A stretch of 64,000 bases of DNA from assembly GCF_009914755.1 (NCBI RefSeq), contig NC_060946.1. One strand, 5' to 3'. Below, piece after piece: positions 20,043-36,700 of this stretch; position 1 is the stretch's first letter, and each line of letters opens with the position of its first letter. A model generated the notes under the pieces. The model was not told where the DNA came from, ran no database searches, and saw only the letters and a program-made list of their open reading frames with translations. Origin of the DNA: the human T2T-CHM13v2.0 reference genome, Homo sapiens. The position numbers were made by a program, and so were the translations under genes.

Positions 20043-23000
20043 GACACATCTCTGAACTGATCAACAAAGTGATGTAACACTTGTCTAGGCTCTGCCTACA
20101 GGGGTTTTGTGACATATCTCTACACTGATCACCCAGCTGATGGGACATTTGTCTAGGCTATGCCTGTGGGGGCATTGTGACATATCTCTACACTGATCAC
20201 CCAGGTGATGTAACACTTCTGTTGGATCTGCCTATGGGGGCTTAGTGACATATAGCTGCACTGATCACCCAGGTGATGGGACACTTGTCTAGACTCTGCT
20301 TATGGGGGATTTGTGACATATCTCTGAACTGATCACCCAGGTGATGTAACGCTCGACTAGGCTCTGCCTACGGGGCATAGTGACATATCACTGCATTGAT
20401 CACCGAGGTGATGTAACTCTTGTCCAGGCTCTTCCTATAGGGGGACTTGTGACATATCTCTGCACTGATCATCTAGGTGATGTAACTCTTGCTAAAGCTC
20501 TCCCTGCAGGGGCATTGTGAAATGTCTCTGCACTGATCACCCAGGTGAAGGGACTCTTCACTAGGCTCTGCCTACTGGGGGCATTGTCACATATTTCTGC
20601 ACTGATCAAACAGGTGACGGACTCTTGTCTTGGATTTGCCTTTGGGGGCATTTTGACATATCTCTTCACTGATCACCCACGTGATGTAACTGTGGTCTAA
20701 GCTCTGCCTAAAGGGGCATTGTGACAGATCTCTGCAATGATCACTCAGGTGATGTAACTATTGTCTAGGCCCTGCTTAAGGGGGTCTTGTCACATATCTC
20801 TGCACTGATCACCCAGGTGATGTAACTCTTGTCTAGGCTCTGCTTAAAGGGGGTATTGTGACATATCTTAGCACTGATCACCTAAGTGATGTAACACTTG
20901 TGTAGGCTCTGCCTACAGGGGCATTTTGACATATATCTGCACTGTTAACCGAGGTGACGTTACTCTTGTCTAGGCTATGCCCACAGGGGGATTGAGACAT
21001 ATCTCTGCACTGATCCCGAGGTGATCCAACTATTGGCTGGTCTCCACCTACTGGGGACATTGTGACATATTTCTGCACTGATTTCCCAGGTGTTGTAACT
21101 TTATTCTAGGCTCTGGCTACACGGCATTGTGACATATCACTGCACTGATCACCCAGGTGATATAACACTTGTCTAGGCTCTGCCTACAGGGGCATTGCGA
21201 TGTATCTCTGCACTGATCACCTAGGTCATGTAACTCTTGTCTAGGCTCTGCCTACAGTGGCATTGTAACATATCTTTGCACTGATCACCCAGGTGATTCA
21301 ACTCTTTTCTAGGATGTGCCTACAGGGAGTATTGTGAAATATCTCTGCACTGTTCACCTATGTGATGTAACTCTTGTCTAGGCTCTGCCTACAGGAGCGT
21401 TTTCACATATCACTGAACTGATGACAAAGGTGATGTAACTCTTGCCTAGGCTTTGCCTACAGAGGACATTGTGACATATATCTGCACTGATCACCCAGAT
21501 GATGCAACTCTTCCATACGCTTTGCCTACAGGGGACATTGGGACATATCCCTGTACTGATCACCCATGTGATGCAACTCTTCTCTATGCTCTGCCTACAG
21601 GGTTCATTGTGACATATTTCTGCACTGATCACCCAGGTGATGTAGCTCTTGTCTAGGCTCCACCTACAGGGAGTATTGTGACATATCTCTGCACTGATCA
21701 CCCAGGAGATGTAACTGTTGTCTAGGCTCCACCTACAGGGGGTATTGTGACGTGTCTCTGCACTGATCACCCAGGTGATGTAACATTTATCTAGGCTCTG
21801 CCTACAGGGGCGTTTTGACAAAGCTCTCCACAGATCACCTAGGTTATGTAACTCTTGTCCACACTCTGCCTACAGGGGGCATTGTGAAATATCTCCGCAA
21901 TGATCACCCAGGTGATGGTACTCTTCTCTATACTCTGCCTATAGAGGGATTTGTGACATATCTCTTCACTGATCACCCAGGTGATTGAAGTCTTGTATAT
22001 GCTCTGTCTATGGGGGCATTGTGTCAAATTTCTGCACCAATCACCCGGGTGATGTAACTCTTGTGTAGGCTCTGTCTACAGGGATTTTTGTGACGTATGA
22101 CTGCACTGATCACCTAGGTGATGTAAGCCTTGTATGGGCTTTGCATACAGAAGGCTTTGTGACATTTCTATGCACTGATCTCTGAGGTGATGCAACTCTT
22201 GTCTAGGCACTGCCTACAGGGGACATTGGTACATATCTCTGCACTGATCACCCAGGTGATGGACTCTTGTCTTACATCTGCCTACATGGACATAGTGACA
22301 TATCTCTGAACTGATCAACCAAGTGTTGAAACTCTTGTCTAGGCTCTGCCTACAGGGGCTTTGTGACACATCTCTGCACTGATCACCCTGGGGAGGGAAC
22401 TCTTGTCAACGCTCTGCCTACAGGAGGCTTTATGACTTATACCTGCACTGATAACCTAGGTGATGTAACACTTGTCTAGGCTCTGCCTACACAGGAATTC
22501 TCACATATCTCTGCACTGATCACCCAGGTGATGTAGCTCCTGTCTAGGTTCAGACTACAGGTGTGTTTTGAAATATCTCTGCACTGATCACCCAGTTGAT
22601 GTAATCCTTGTCTAAGCTCTGCCTACAGGGGCATTGTGACAGATCTCTCCACTGCTCACCCAAGTGATGTAACAATTGCCTGGGCTTTGCCTACAGGGGG
22701 CTTTGTGATATACATTTCCACTGATCAAACAGGTGATGTAACCCTTGTCAAGGTTCTGCTTACAGCGGCTTTGGTACATATCTCTACACTGATCACCCCA
22801 GGGAGGAAACACTTGTCTACACTCTGCCTACAGGAGGCTTTACTACTTATCCCTGCACTGATCACTAGGTGATATAACACTTGTCTAGGCTCTGTCTACA
22901 CCAGAATTTTCACATATCTCTACACTGATCACCTAAGTGATGGAACCCTTGTCTAGTTTCAGCCTACTGGGGATTTCTGACATACCTATGCACTGATCAC

Positions 23001-23174
23001 CGAGGTGATTTAAATCATTTCCAGGTTTTTGTACAAGGGACATTGTGATATATCTCTACTCTGATCACCCAAATGATGCAAATCTTCTCTAGGCTCTGCA
23101 GGGAGGGGGCATTGTGACATATTTCTGAACCGATCATCGAGGAGATGTAACTATTCTCCAGGCTTTGACTAAAG
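20043..23174 (-). repeat. Beta satellite spacer 2-3
   Basis: 68-bp monomers; shortest spacer in the window (~3.1 kb). Confidence 0.97.
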
Positions 23175-23286
23175 AGCGTTGGAAGGTGTTGGGAGAGCCT
23201 CAGCCGGAATTTCACGGACGGACAAGGGCACAGAGAGGCCAGTGGGCTCCCTTGCACATCAGCTGGGGTGCGCAATGAGGGCAGGT
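23113..23286 (-). other. pLAM / DUX4 exon 3-like segment, copy 3 (GTCACA)
   Basis: 174-bp span, acceptor AG retained, hexamer at 23113-23118. Confidence 0.8.
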
Positions 23287-23874
23287 CTAGCCAGGAGGCC
23301 AGCAAATAGAGATAGAGGTCTGCGTTCCACCGCCAGGCGCTCCGTGGTGTCAGCTGGGAGGTTGCAGGGGCACGGGCGGGCCGGCGACGGTGGCGCGGAG
23401 GCACAGAGGAGGCGAGCCGCCCGAGGGGTGTCAGGCCTGGACGCTGCGTGGGCCCGGTGTTTTGCGGGATGGGGGTCTCCACCCTGCCCAGGAGAGGATG
23501 CATTTTCCGGGGGTTGGGGGGGGTGGGGATGGGGTGGTCAGGCAGGTGTGGGGTGGTGGAAAGGCATGAGATGTCTACCCAGGCTGCTCCCACAGCCCAG
23601 GCGGCTGTCCGCAAACACGCGCATGTGCAGTAGGTGGCCCACCTGGTGGTACCTGTGCTGGCTCTGGGATCCCCTGGATGCTCAGGAAAGAAGGGCAGTT
23701 CTCCACTGTGTGGAGCCTCTCACCGTGCCTAGACCTAGAAGGCAGGAATCCCAGGCCGGTCAGCCCGGTGGAGGGGGCGGGGTGAAGACATGTCCCTCCA
23801 TAGCCAGCCCGGTGTTCCCTGCGAAAGAGAGGCCACTGCCCTGCCCCGACCCGACCCAGTCCCAACCCCGCGTC

Positions 23875-25331
<1,457 letters not shown>

Positions 25332-25939
25332 ACCTGGGACAGCCCGCCCCACCCGGGAAGGGTCCCAGGGCATGGAAGCCTGTGGTCATGGTGGGGTGGG
25401 TTTGGCGGAGAGGGCGTGGTGATGGCGGTGGTGGGACCAGAGAGATGAAGAGGAATGGGGCGAAGGGGAAGGGGTGAGGGGGTGCGTTTCGGGGGCTGGC
25501 TCTAAGGACGTCTCCAGGAATCCCGCGGGAACTGGAAGCCACTCTCTGGGCTCCCACGCATCTGCAGCAGGGATAAACCGTCCTGGGAAGGTGGAGGGGA
25601 GTGTAGAACTGAACCTCGGTGGGAGTCTGGAGTGTTCCAGGCCCTCTCTCCGTGAAGGAGGCAGTGCCTCTGGGTGTCGCCGTTGCTGGGACAGTCTCAG
25701 ACACGCAGGCGTGTGGGTCTCGTTCATTTCCAAGTAGGTGACCAGAGCGAGACCCCAGAGAGAAGATGCCTCTCTGGCGTGATGGCCTTATGATGGATTC
25801 CCGTGTGCGGCAACATGGGGAGTCTGCAGAGTGGCCGGTTTGGAAACTGGCAAGGAGAGCGAAGGCACCATGCCGGTCTTCCACCCTTCCCTGCATGTTT
25901 CCGGGTGCCCGCAGAGCTCTGGGAGCAAACAGTCAGCAT

Positions 25940-28900
25940 GACACATCTCTGAACTGATCAACAAAGTGATGTAACAATTGTCTAGGCTCTGCCTACAGGG
26001 GCTTTGTGAAATATCTCTTCACTGATCACCCAGGTGATGGGACTTTTGTCTAGGCTCTGCCTATGTGGGCATTGTGACATATCTCTACACTGATCACCCA
26101 GGTGATGTAACTCTTGTGTTGGATCTGCCTATGGGGGCATTGTGACATATTTCTACACTGATCATCCAGGTGATGGGACTCTTGTCTAGGCTCTGTGTAT
26201 GGGGGTTTTTGACATGTCTCTGCACTGATCACACAGGTGATGTAACACTTGACTAGGCTCTGCCTACGAGGCATAGTGACATATCACTGCATTGATCACC
26301 GAGGTGATGTAACTCTTCTCCAGGCTCTGACTATAGGGGGCCTTGTGACATATATCTGCACTGATCATCTAGGTGATGTAACTCTTGCTTATTCTCTGCC
26401 TGAAGAGGTATTGTGAAATATCTCTGCACTGATCACCCAGGTGACGGGACTCTTCTCTAGGCTGTGCCTCCTGTGGGCATTCTCACATATATCTGCACTG
26501 ATCACCCAGGTGACACACTCTTTTCCTGGATTTGCCTATGGGGTCATTGTGACTTATCTCTGCAGTGATCACCCAGGTGATTTAACTCTGGTCTCAGCTC
26601 TGCCTAAAGGGGTATTGTGACAGATTTCTGCACTGATCATTCAGGTGATGTAAGTATTGTCTAGGCTCTGCTTAAAGGGGCATTGTCACATATCTCTGCA
26701 CTGATCACCCAGGTGATGTAACTCTTGTCTAGGCTCTGTTTACATTGGGTATTGTGAAATATCTCTGCACTGATCACCTAAGTGATGTAACACTTTTGTA
26801 GGCTCTGCCTACAGGGGCACTTTGACATACCTCTGCACTGTTAACCGAGGTGATGTGACTGTTGTCTAGGCTGTGCCCACAGTGGGATTGAGACATATCT
26901 CTGCGCTGATTCCGAGGTGATCCAACTATTGCCTGTTCTCTGCCTACTGGGGACATTGTGACATATCTCTGCACTGATCTCCCAGGTGCTGTAAATTTAG
27001 TCCAGGCTCTGGCTACACGGCATTGTGACATATCTGCACTGATCACCCAGGTGATATAACTCTTGTCTAGGCTCTGCCTACAGGGGGCTTGTGACATATC
27101 CCTACACTGATCACCCAGGTGATATAACATTTGTGTAGCCTCTGCCTACAGGGGCTTGTGACATATCTCTACACCGATCACCCACGTGATATAACTCTTC
27201 TCTAGGATCTGCCTACATTGTGCTTTGTGACATATCCATGCAGTGATGACCCAGGTGATATACCATTGTCAAGGCTCTGCCTACAGTGGCTTTGCGATTT
27301 ATCTCTGCACTGATCACCTAGGTCATGTAACTCTTGCCTAGGCTCTGCTTACAGTGGCATTGTGTCATATCTCTGCAATGATCACCCAGGTGATGTAACT
27401 ATTTTCTAGGATCTGCCTACTGGGTGCTTTGTGACATATCCCTGCAATGATCACCCAGGTGATGTACCACTTGTCAAGGCTCTGCCTACAGGGACATTGC
27501 GATGTGTCTCTGCACTGACCACCTAGGACATGTAACCCTTGTCTAGGCTCTGCCTACAGTGGCATTGTGACATATCTCTGCACTCATCATCCAAGTGATG
27601 TAACACTTGTCTTGGATCTGCTTAAAGGGACTTTGCGACATAACTCTGCGCTGATCATCCAGGTGATGGGACTTTTGTCTAGGCTCTGCCTAAGGGGGCA
27701 TTGTGACATATTTCTGCACTGTTCACACAGGTGACCGACTCTTGTCTTGGATCTGCCTATGGGGGCATTGTGACATATCTCTGCACTGGTCACCCAGGTG
27801 ATGTAACTGTTGTATAAGCTCTGCCTACAGGGGAATTGTGAGAGATCTCGCCACTGATTACCCAAGTGATTTAACTATTTTCTAGGCTTTGCCTACAGGG
27901 GGCTTTGTGACATACCTTTGCACTGATAAGCCAGGTGATATAACTCATCTAAGTTCTGCCTAAGGGAGCTTTGTGACATATCTCTGCACTGACCATGTAG
28001 GTGATGTAACACTTTTATAAGCACTGCCTGCAAGGAATTTTGACAAATCTCTGCCCTGATCACCTAGGTGATGTAAATCTTGTCTACCGTCTCCCCAAAG
28101 GGGCCATTGGGAAATATCTCTGCACTCATAACCCAGGTGATTCTACTCTTGTCTAGGATCTGCCTAAAGGGGGTATTGTGAAATTTCTCTGCACTGATCA
28201 ACTAGGTGATGTAACTCTTGTCTAGGCTCTGTCTACCGGGGCGTTTTCACATATCCCTGAACTGATGACAAAGGTGATGTAACTCTTGCCTAGGCTTTGC
28301 CTACAGGGGACATTGTGACATATCTCTGTACTGATGACCCAGGTGATGCAACTCTTCTCTATGCTCTGCCTACAGGGGACATTGTGACACATCTCTGAAC
28401 TGATCACCCAGGTGATGCAACTCTTCTCTATGCTCTGCCTACAGGGGGCATTGTGACATATCTCTACACCGATCACCCAGGTGATGTAACTCCTTTCTAG
28501 TCTCTGCCTACCTAGGGCGTTGTGACATCACTCTGCACGGATCACCCGGGTTATGTAACTCTTGTCTAGGCTCCGCCTATCAGGGCATTGTGAATTATCT
28601 CTGCACTGACCACCCAGGAGATGTGACTCTTGTCAATGCTCTGCCTAGAGAGACATTGGGACATATCTCTGCACTGATCACTGAGGTGATGTAAAATTTG
28701 TCTAGGCTTCGCCTACAGTGGGATTTATGACATATCTCTGCACTGATCACCCAGGTGATGTAACTCTTGTCTGGGCTCTGCCTACAGGGGCATTTTCACA
28801 TATCACTGCACTGATCACCGAGATGATGTAACTGTTGTATAGGCTTCGCCGACAGGGGACATTGAGACATATCTCTGCACTGATCACCCAGGTGCTGCAA

Positions 28901-31041
28901 CTCTTTTCTGGGATCTGCTTACAGGGGACATTGTGACATATCTCTGTCCTGATCACCCAGGTGATGTAACTCTTGTCTAGGCTCTGCCTACTGGAGGCAT
29001 TGTGACATATCTCCGCACTGATCACCCAGGTGGTGTCATTTTTGTCAAGGATATGGCCAGAGGGACATTGTGACATGTCACTGCACTGATCACACAGCTG
29101 ATGTAACCCTTGTCTAGGCTCTGGATACAGGGGGGTTGTGACACATTTCTGCACTGATCACCCAGGTGATGGAACCGTTGTCTAGGCTCTGCCAAAAGGG
29201 GTTATTGTGACATAACTCTGCAGTGATCACCGAGGTGATTGGACGCTGGTCTAGGCTCTGCCTACAGGGGCATTGTGACATATCTCTGCAGTGATCACGC
29301 AGGTGATGTAACTCTTGTCTATATCTACCTACTGGTGGAGTTGTGGCATATTTCAGCACTGGTCACCCAGGTGATGGACTCTTGTCTTGGATCTGCCTAT
29401 GGGGGTATAGTGACATATCTCTGCACTGATCACTCATGTGATGTAATGCTTGTCTAAGCTGCGTCTAAAGGGGAATTGTGACAGATATCTCCAGTGATCC
29501 CCCAGGTGATGTATCAATTTTCTGGGATTTGTCTACAGGGGGCTTTGTGACATATCTTTGCACTGATCACCCAGGTGATGTAACTGTTGTCTAGGCTCCA
29601 CCTACAAGGGATATTGTGACGTATCTCTGCACTGATCACCCAGGTGATGTAACATTTATCCAGCCTCTGCCTACAGGGGCGTTTTGGCGTATCTCTGCAC
29701 AGATCACCTAGGCTATGTAACTCTTGTCCACTCTCTGCCTACACGGGTCATTGTGAAATATCTCTGCCCTGATCAACCAGGTGATGGTACTCTTCTCTAT
29801 ACACTGCCTAGAGGGGGATTTGTGACATATCTCTGCACTGATCACCCAGGTGATGGAATTCTTGTCTAGGCTCTGTCTATGAGGGCATTTTGTCAAATAT
29901 CTGCACTGATCACCCAGGTGATGTAACTATTCTCTAGGCTCTGTCTACAGGGATTTTAATGACATATCACTGCACTGATCACCTAGGTGATGTAAGCCTT
30001 GTATGGGCTTTGCATACAGAAGGCTTTGTGACATAGTCTATGCACTGATCTCTGAGGTGATGCTACTCTTGTCTAGGCACTGCCTACAGGGGTCATTGAT
30101 ATATATCTCTGCACTGATCACCCAGGTGATGGACTCTTGTCTTAGATCTGCCTACATGTATATTCTGACACATATCTGAACTGATCAACCAAGTGATGAA
30201 ACACTTGTCTAGTCTCTGCCTTCAGGGGCTTTGTGACACATCTCTTCACTGATAACCCTGGGGAGGGAACTCTTGTCTACACTCTGCCTACAGGAGGCTT
30301 TATGACTTTTACCTGCACTGATAACCCAGGTGATGTAACACTTGTCTAGGCTCTGCTACAAGGGAATTCTCACATATCTCTGCACTGATCACCCAGGTGA
30401 TGTAACTCCTGTCTAGGTTCAGCTACAGGAGCGTTTTGACATATCTCTGCACTGATCACCGAGGTGATGTAACCCTTGTCTAACCTCTGCCTAAAGGGGC
30501 ATTGAGACAGATCTCTCCACTGCTCACCCAGGTGTTGTAACTATTGTCTGGGCTTTGCCTACCGGGGGCTTTGTGATATACATTTCCACTGATCAAACAG
30601 GTGATGTAACCCTTGTCAAGGTTCTGCTTACAGGGGCTTTGTGACATATCTCTTCCCTGATCACCCCAGGGAGGAAACACTTGTCTACACTCCGCCTACA
30701 GGAGGCTTTACAAACTATCCCTGCACTGATCACTAGGAGATGTAACATTTCTAGGCTCTGTCTACACGGGAATTTTCACATATCTCTGCACTGATCACCT
30801 AAATGATGTAACCCTTGTGTTGGTTGAGCCTACTGGGGATTTCTGACATACCTCTGCACTGATCACCGAAGTGATGTAAATCATTTCCAGGCTTTTTGTA
30901 CAGGGGACATTGTGATATATCTCTGCACTTATCACCCAAATAATGCAAATCTTCTCTAGGCTCCACAGGGAGGGGGCATTGTGACATATTTCTGAACTTA
31001 TCATCCAGGAGATGTAGCTCTTCTCCAGGCTTTGACTAAAG
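25940..31041 (-). repeat. Beta satellite spacer 3-4
   Basis: 68-bp monomers. Confidence 0.97.
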
Positions 31042-31153
31042 AGTATCGGAAGGTGTTGGGAGAGCCTCAGCCAGAATTTCCCAGATGGACAAGGGCACAG
31101 AGAGGCCAGCGGGCTCCCTTGCACGTCAGCCGGGGTGTTCAATGAGCCCAGGT
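30980..31153 (-). other. pLAM / DUX4 exon 3-like segment, copy 4 (GTCACA)
   Basis: Minus strand ...GTTCAGAAATAT GTCACA ATGCCCCCTCCCTGTGGAG, the same flanks as the recalled 4qA PAS context. Confidence 0.82.
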
Positions 31154-31743
31154 CTAGCCATGAGGCCGGCAAAGAGAGCTAGACGTGTGCGTTCCGTGGC
31201 CAGGCGCTACATGGTGGCAGCTGGGAGGCTGCAGGGAACGTGCAGGCTGGCGATGGTAGTGTGGAGGCGCAGAGTACGCGAGCCGCCGGAGGGGTGTCAG
31301 GCCTGGACGCTGCGTGGGCTTGGTGTTTCTCGGGATGGGGTTCTGCACCCAGCTCAGGGGAGGACGCATTTTCTGGGGTTGGGGTATGGGGGTGGGGAGG
31401 GGGTGGTCAGGCGAGGGTGGGGTGTTGGAAAGGCATGAGAGCTCTCCCCGTGTTGCTCCCACAGCCCAGGCGGCTGCCTGCACACTCGCACGTGCACAGT
31501 AAGCGGCCCAACTGCTGGTACCTGGGCCAGCTCTGGGATCGCCGGGATACCCAGGAAAGAATGGCAGTTCTCTACTTTGGGGAGTCTCTCACCGGGCCTA
31601 GACCTAGAAAGCAGGAATCCCAGGCCGGTCAGCCCCGTGGAGGGGGCGGGGGCAAGACACGACCCTCCATAGCCAGCCATGTGTTCCCTGCAAAAGAGAG
31701 GCCACAGCCCTGCCCCGGCCCGACCCCGTCCCAACCCCGCGTC

Positions 31744-33163
<1,420 letters not shown>

Positions 33164-33769
33164 CCCTGGGACAGTCCGCCCCACCCCAGAAGTGTCCCAG
33201 GGCGTCGAGGCCTGCGGCCGGATGGTGTTGGGTTGTGGGGGGAGGGCGTGGTGATGGTGGTGGTGGGGCCAGAGAGACAAAGAGGAAGGGGTCGAGGGGG
33301 AAGGGGTGAGGGGGGCACGTTTCGGGGGACTGGCTGTCCAGACCTCTCCAGGAATCCCACGGGAACTGGAAGCTGCTCTCTGGGCTCCCACCTGTCTTCA
33401 GCAGGGAGAAACCAGCCTGGGAGGGTGGAGGGGTGTGTGGAACTGACCCTTCGTGGGAGTCTGGAGTGTTCCGGGCCCACTCTCCGTGAAGGAGGCAATG
33501 CCTGTGGGTGTCGCCATTGCTGGGACAGTATCAGACTCGCAGACATGTGGCTCTCGTTCATTTCCACGTAGGAGACCAGAGCGAGACCCCAGAGAGAAGA
33601 TGCCTCCCCAGCGTGATGGCCTGACGATGGATTCCCGTGTGCCGCAACGTGGGGAGTCTGCAATGTGGCCGGTTTGGAAACTGGCAAGGAGAGCGAAGGC
33701 ACCATGCCGGTCTTCCACCCTTCCCTGCATGTTTCCGGGTGCCCGCAGAGCTCCAGGAGCAAACAGCAT

Positions 33770-36700
33770 GACACATCTTTGAACTGATCAACAAAGTGAG
33801 GTAACACTTGTCTAGGCTCTGCCTACAGGGGCTTTGTGACATATCTCTGCACTGATCAACCACGTGGTGGGACTTTTGTCTAGGCTCTGCCTATGGGGGC
33901 ATTGTGACATATCTCTACACTGATCACCCAGGTGATGTAACTCTTGTGTTGGATATGTCTGTGGGGGCATTGCGACATATTTCTGCACTGATCACCCAGG
34001 TGATGGGACTCTTGTCTAGGCTCTGTGTATGGGGGCTTTGTGACATATCTCTGCACTGATCACCCAGGTGATGTAACGCTTGATTAGGCTCTGCCTACGG
34101 GGCATAGTGACATATCACTGAATTGATAATCGAGGTGATGTAACTCTTGTCCAGGCTCTGCCTATAGGGGGTCTTGTGACATATCTCTGCACTGATCACG
34201 TAGGTGATGTAACTCTTGCTTACGCTCTCCCTGCAGGGGCATTGTGAAATATCTCTGCACTGATCACCCAGGTGATGGGACTCTTCTCTAGGCTCTGCTT
34301 ACTGGGGGAATTGTCACATATGTCTGCACTGATAACCCAGGTGAGGGACTCCTGTCTTTGATTTGCCTATGGGGGCATTGTGACATATCTCTGCACTGAT
34401 CACCCAGGTGATGTCACTCTGGTCTAAGCTCTGCCTAAAGGAGCATTGTGACAGTTCTCTGCACTGATCACTCAGGTGATGTCACTATTGTCTAGGCTCT
34501 GCTTAAAAGGGCCTTGTCACATATGTCTGCACAGATCATCCAGGTGATGTAACTCTTGTCTAGGCTCTTCTTACAGGGGGTATAGTGACAAATCTCTGCA
34601 CTGATCACCTAAGTGTTGTAACACTTGTGTAGGCTCTGCCAACAGGGGGATTTTGACATATCTCTGCACTGTTAACCGAGGTGACGTAACTCTTGTCGAG
34701 GCTGTGCCCACAGGGGGATTGAGACATATCTCTGCACTGATGCCGGGGTGTTCTAACTCTTGCCTGGTCTCTGCCTACTGGGGTTACTGTGACATATCTC
34801 TGCACCAATCTCCCGGGTGCTGTAACTTTAATCTAGGCTCTGGTTACACGGAATTGTGACATATCACTGCACCCAAGTGATATAACTCTTGTCTAGGCTC
34901 TGTCTACATTGTTCTCGTGAGATATCTCTGCCCTGATCACCCAGGTGACACAACTCTTCTCTAGGATCTGCCTACAGGGTTCTATGTGACATATCCCTGC
35001 AATGATCACCCAGGTGATATACCACTTGTCAAGGCTCTGCCAACAGGGGCATTGCGACACATCTCTGCACTGATCACCCAGGTAGTGTAACTGTTGTATA
35101 AGCTCTGCCTACAGCGGAATTGTGAGAGATCTCGCCACTGATCACCCAAGTGATGTAACAATTTTCTAGGCTTTGCCTATAATGGGCTTTGTGACATACA
35201 TTTGCACTGATCACCCAGGTGATGTAACTCATCTAAGTTCTGCCTACAGGAGCTTTGTGACATATCTCTGCACTGATCACTTAGGGTATGTAACACTTTT
35301 ATAAGCACTGCCTACAGGGAAATTGGACAAATCTCTGCACTGATCACCTAGGTGATGTAACTCTTGTCTACCCTCTGCCCAAAGGGGGCATTGTGAAATA
35401 TCTCTGCAATGATCACCCAGGTGATTCTACTCTTGTCTAGGATCTGCCCACAGGGGGTATTGTGAAATATGTCTACACTGATCAACTAGGTGATATAACT
35501 CCTGTCTAGGCTCTGCCTACAGGGGCGTTTTCACATATCCCTGAACTGATGACAAAGGTGATGTAACTCTGGCCTAGGCTTTGCCTACAGGGGACATTGT
35601 GACATATCCCTGCACTGATCACCCAGGTGATGCAACGCTTCTCTATGCTCTGCCTACAGCGGACATTGTGACATATCTCTGCACTGATCACCCAGTTGAT
35701 GCAACTCTTCTCTATGCTCTGCCTACAGGGGGCATTGTGACATATTTCTGCACTGATCAACCAGGTGATGTAACTCTTTTCTAGTCTCTGCCGACAGAGG
35801 GCGTTGTGACATCACTCTGCACGGATCACACGGTTTATGTAAATCTTGACTAGGCTCTGCCTACGGGGGCATTTTCACATATCACTGCACTGATCACCGA
35901 GATGATGTAACTCTTGTATAGGCTTCGCCGACAGGGGGCATTGAGACATATCTCTGCGCTAATCACCGAGGTGATGCAACTGTTGTCTGGGATCTGCTTA
36001 CAGGCGGCATTGTGACATATCTCTGCCCTGATCACCCAGGTGATGTAACTCTTGTCTAGGCTCTGCCTACTGGAGACATTGTGACATATCTCCGCACTGA
36101 TCACCCAGTTGATGTCACTATTGTCAAGGATATGGCTATAGAGACATTGTGACATGTCACTGCACTGATCACAGAGCTGATGTAACTCTTGTCTAGGCTC
36201 TGGCAACAGGGAGCTAGTGACACATCTCTGCACTGATCACACAGGTGATGTAACTCTGTTCTAAGCTCTGCCTAAAGGGGCATTGTGACAGATCTCTGCA
36301 CTGAGCACTCAGGTGGTGTAACTATTGTCTAGGCTCTGCTTAAAGGGGCCTTGTCACATATCTCTGCACTGATCACCCAGGTGATGTAACTCTTGTCTAG
36401 GCTCTGCTTACAGGGGGTATTGTGACATAACCCTGCACTGATCACCTAAGTGATGTAACACTTATGTAGTCTCTGCCTACAGTGGCATTTTGACATATCT
36501 CTGCACTGTTAACCGAGGTGATGAAACTCGTGTCTAGTCTGTGCCCACAGGGGGATTGGGACATATCTCTGCACTGATCCCGAGGTGATCCAACTCTTGC
36601 CTGGTCTCTGCCTACTGGGGACATTGTGACATACCTCTGCTCTGATCACCCAGGTGCTGTAACTTTAGTGTAGGCTCTGGCTACACGGCATTGTGACATA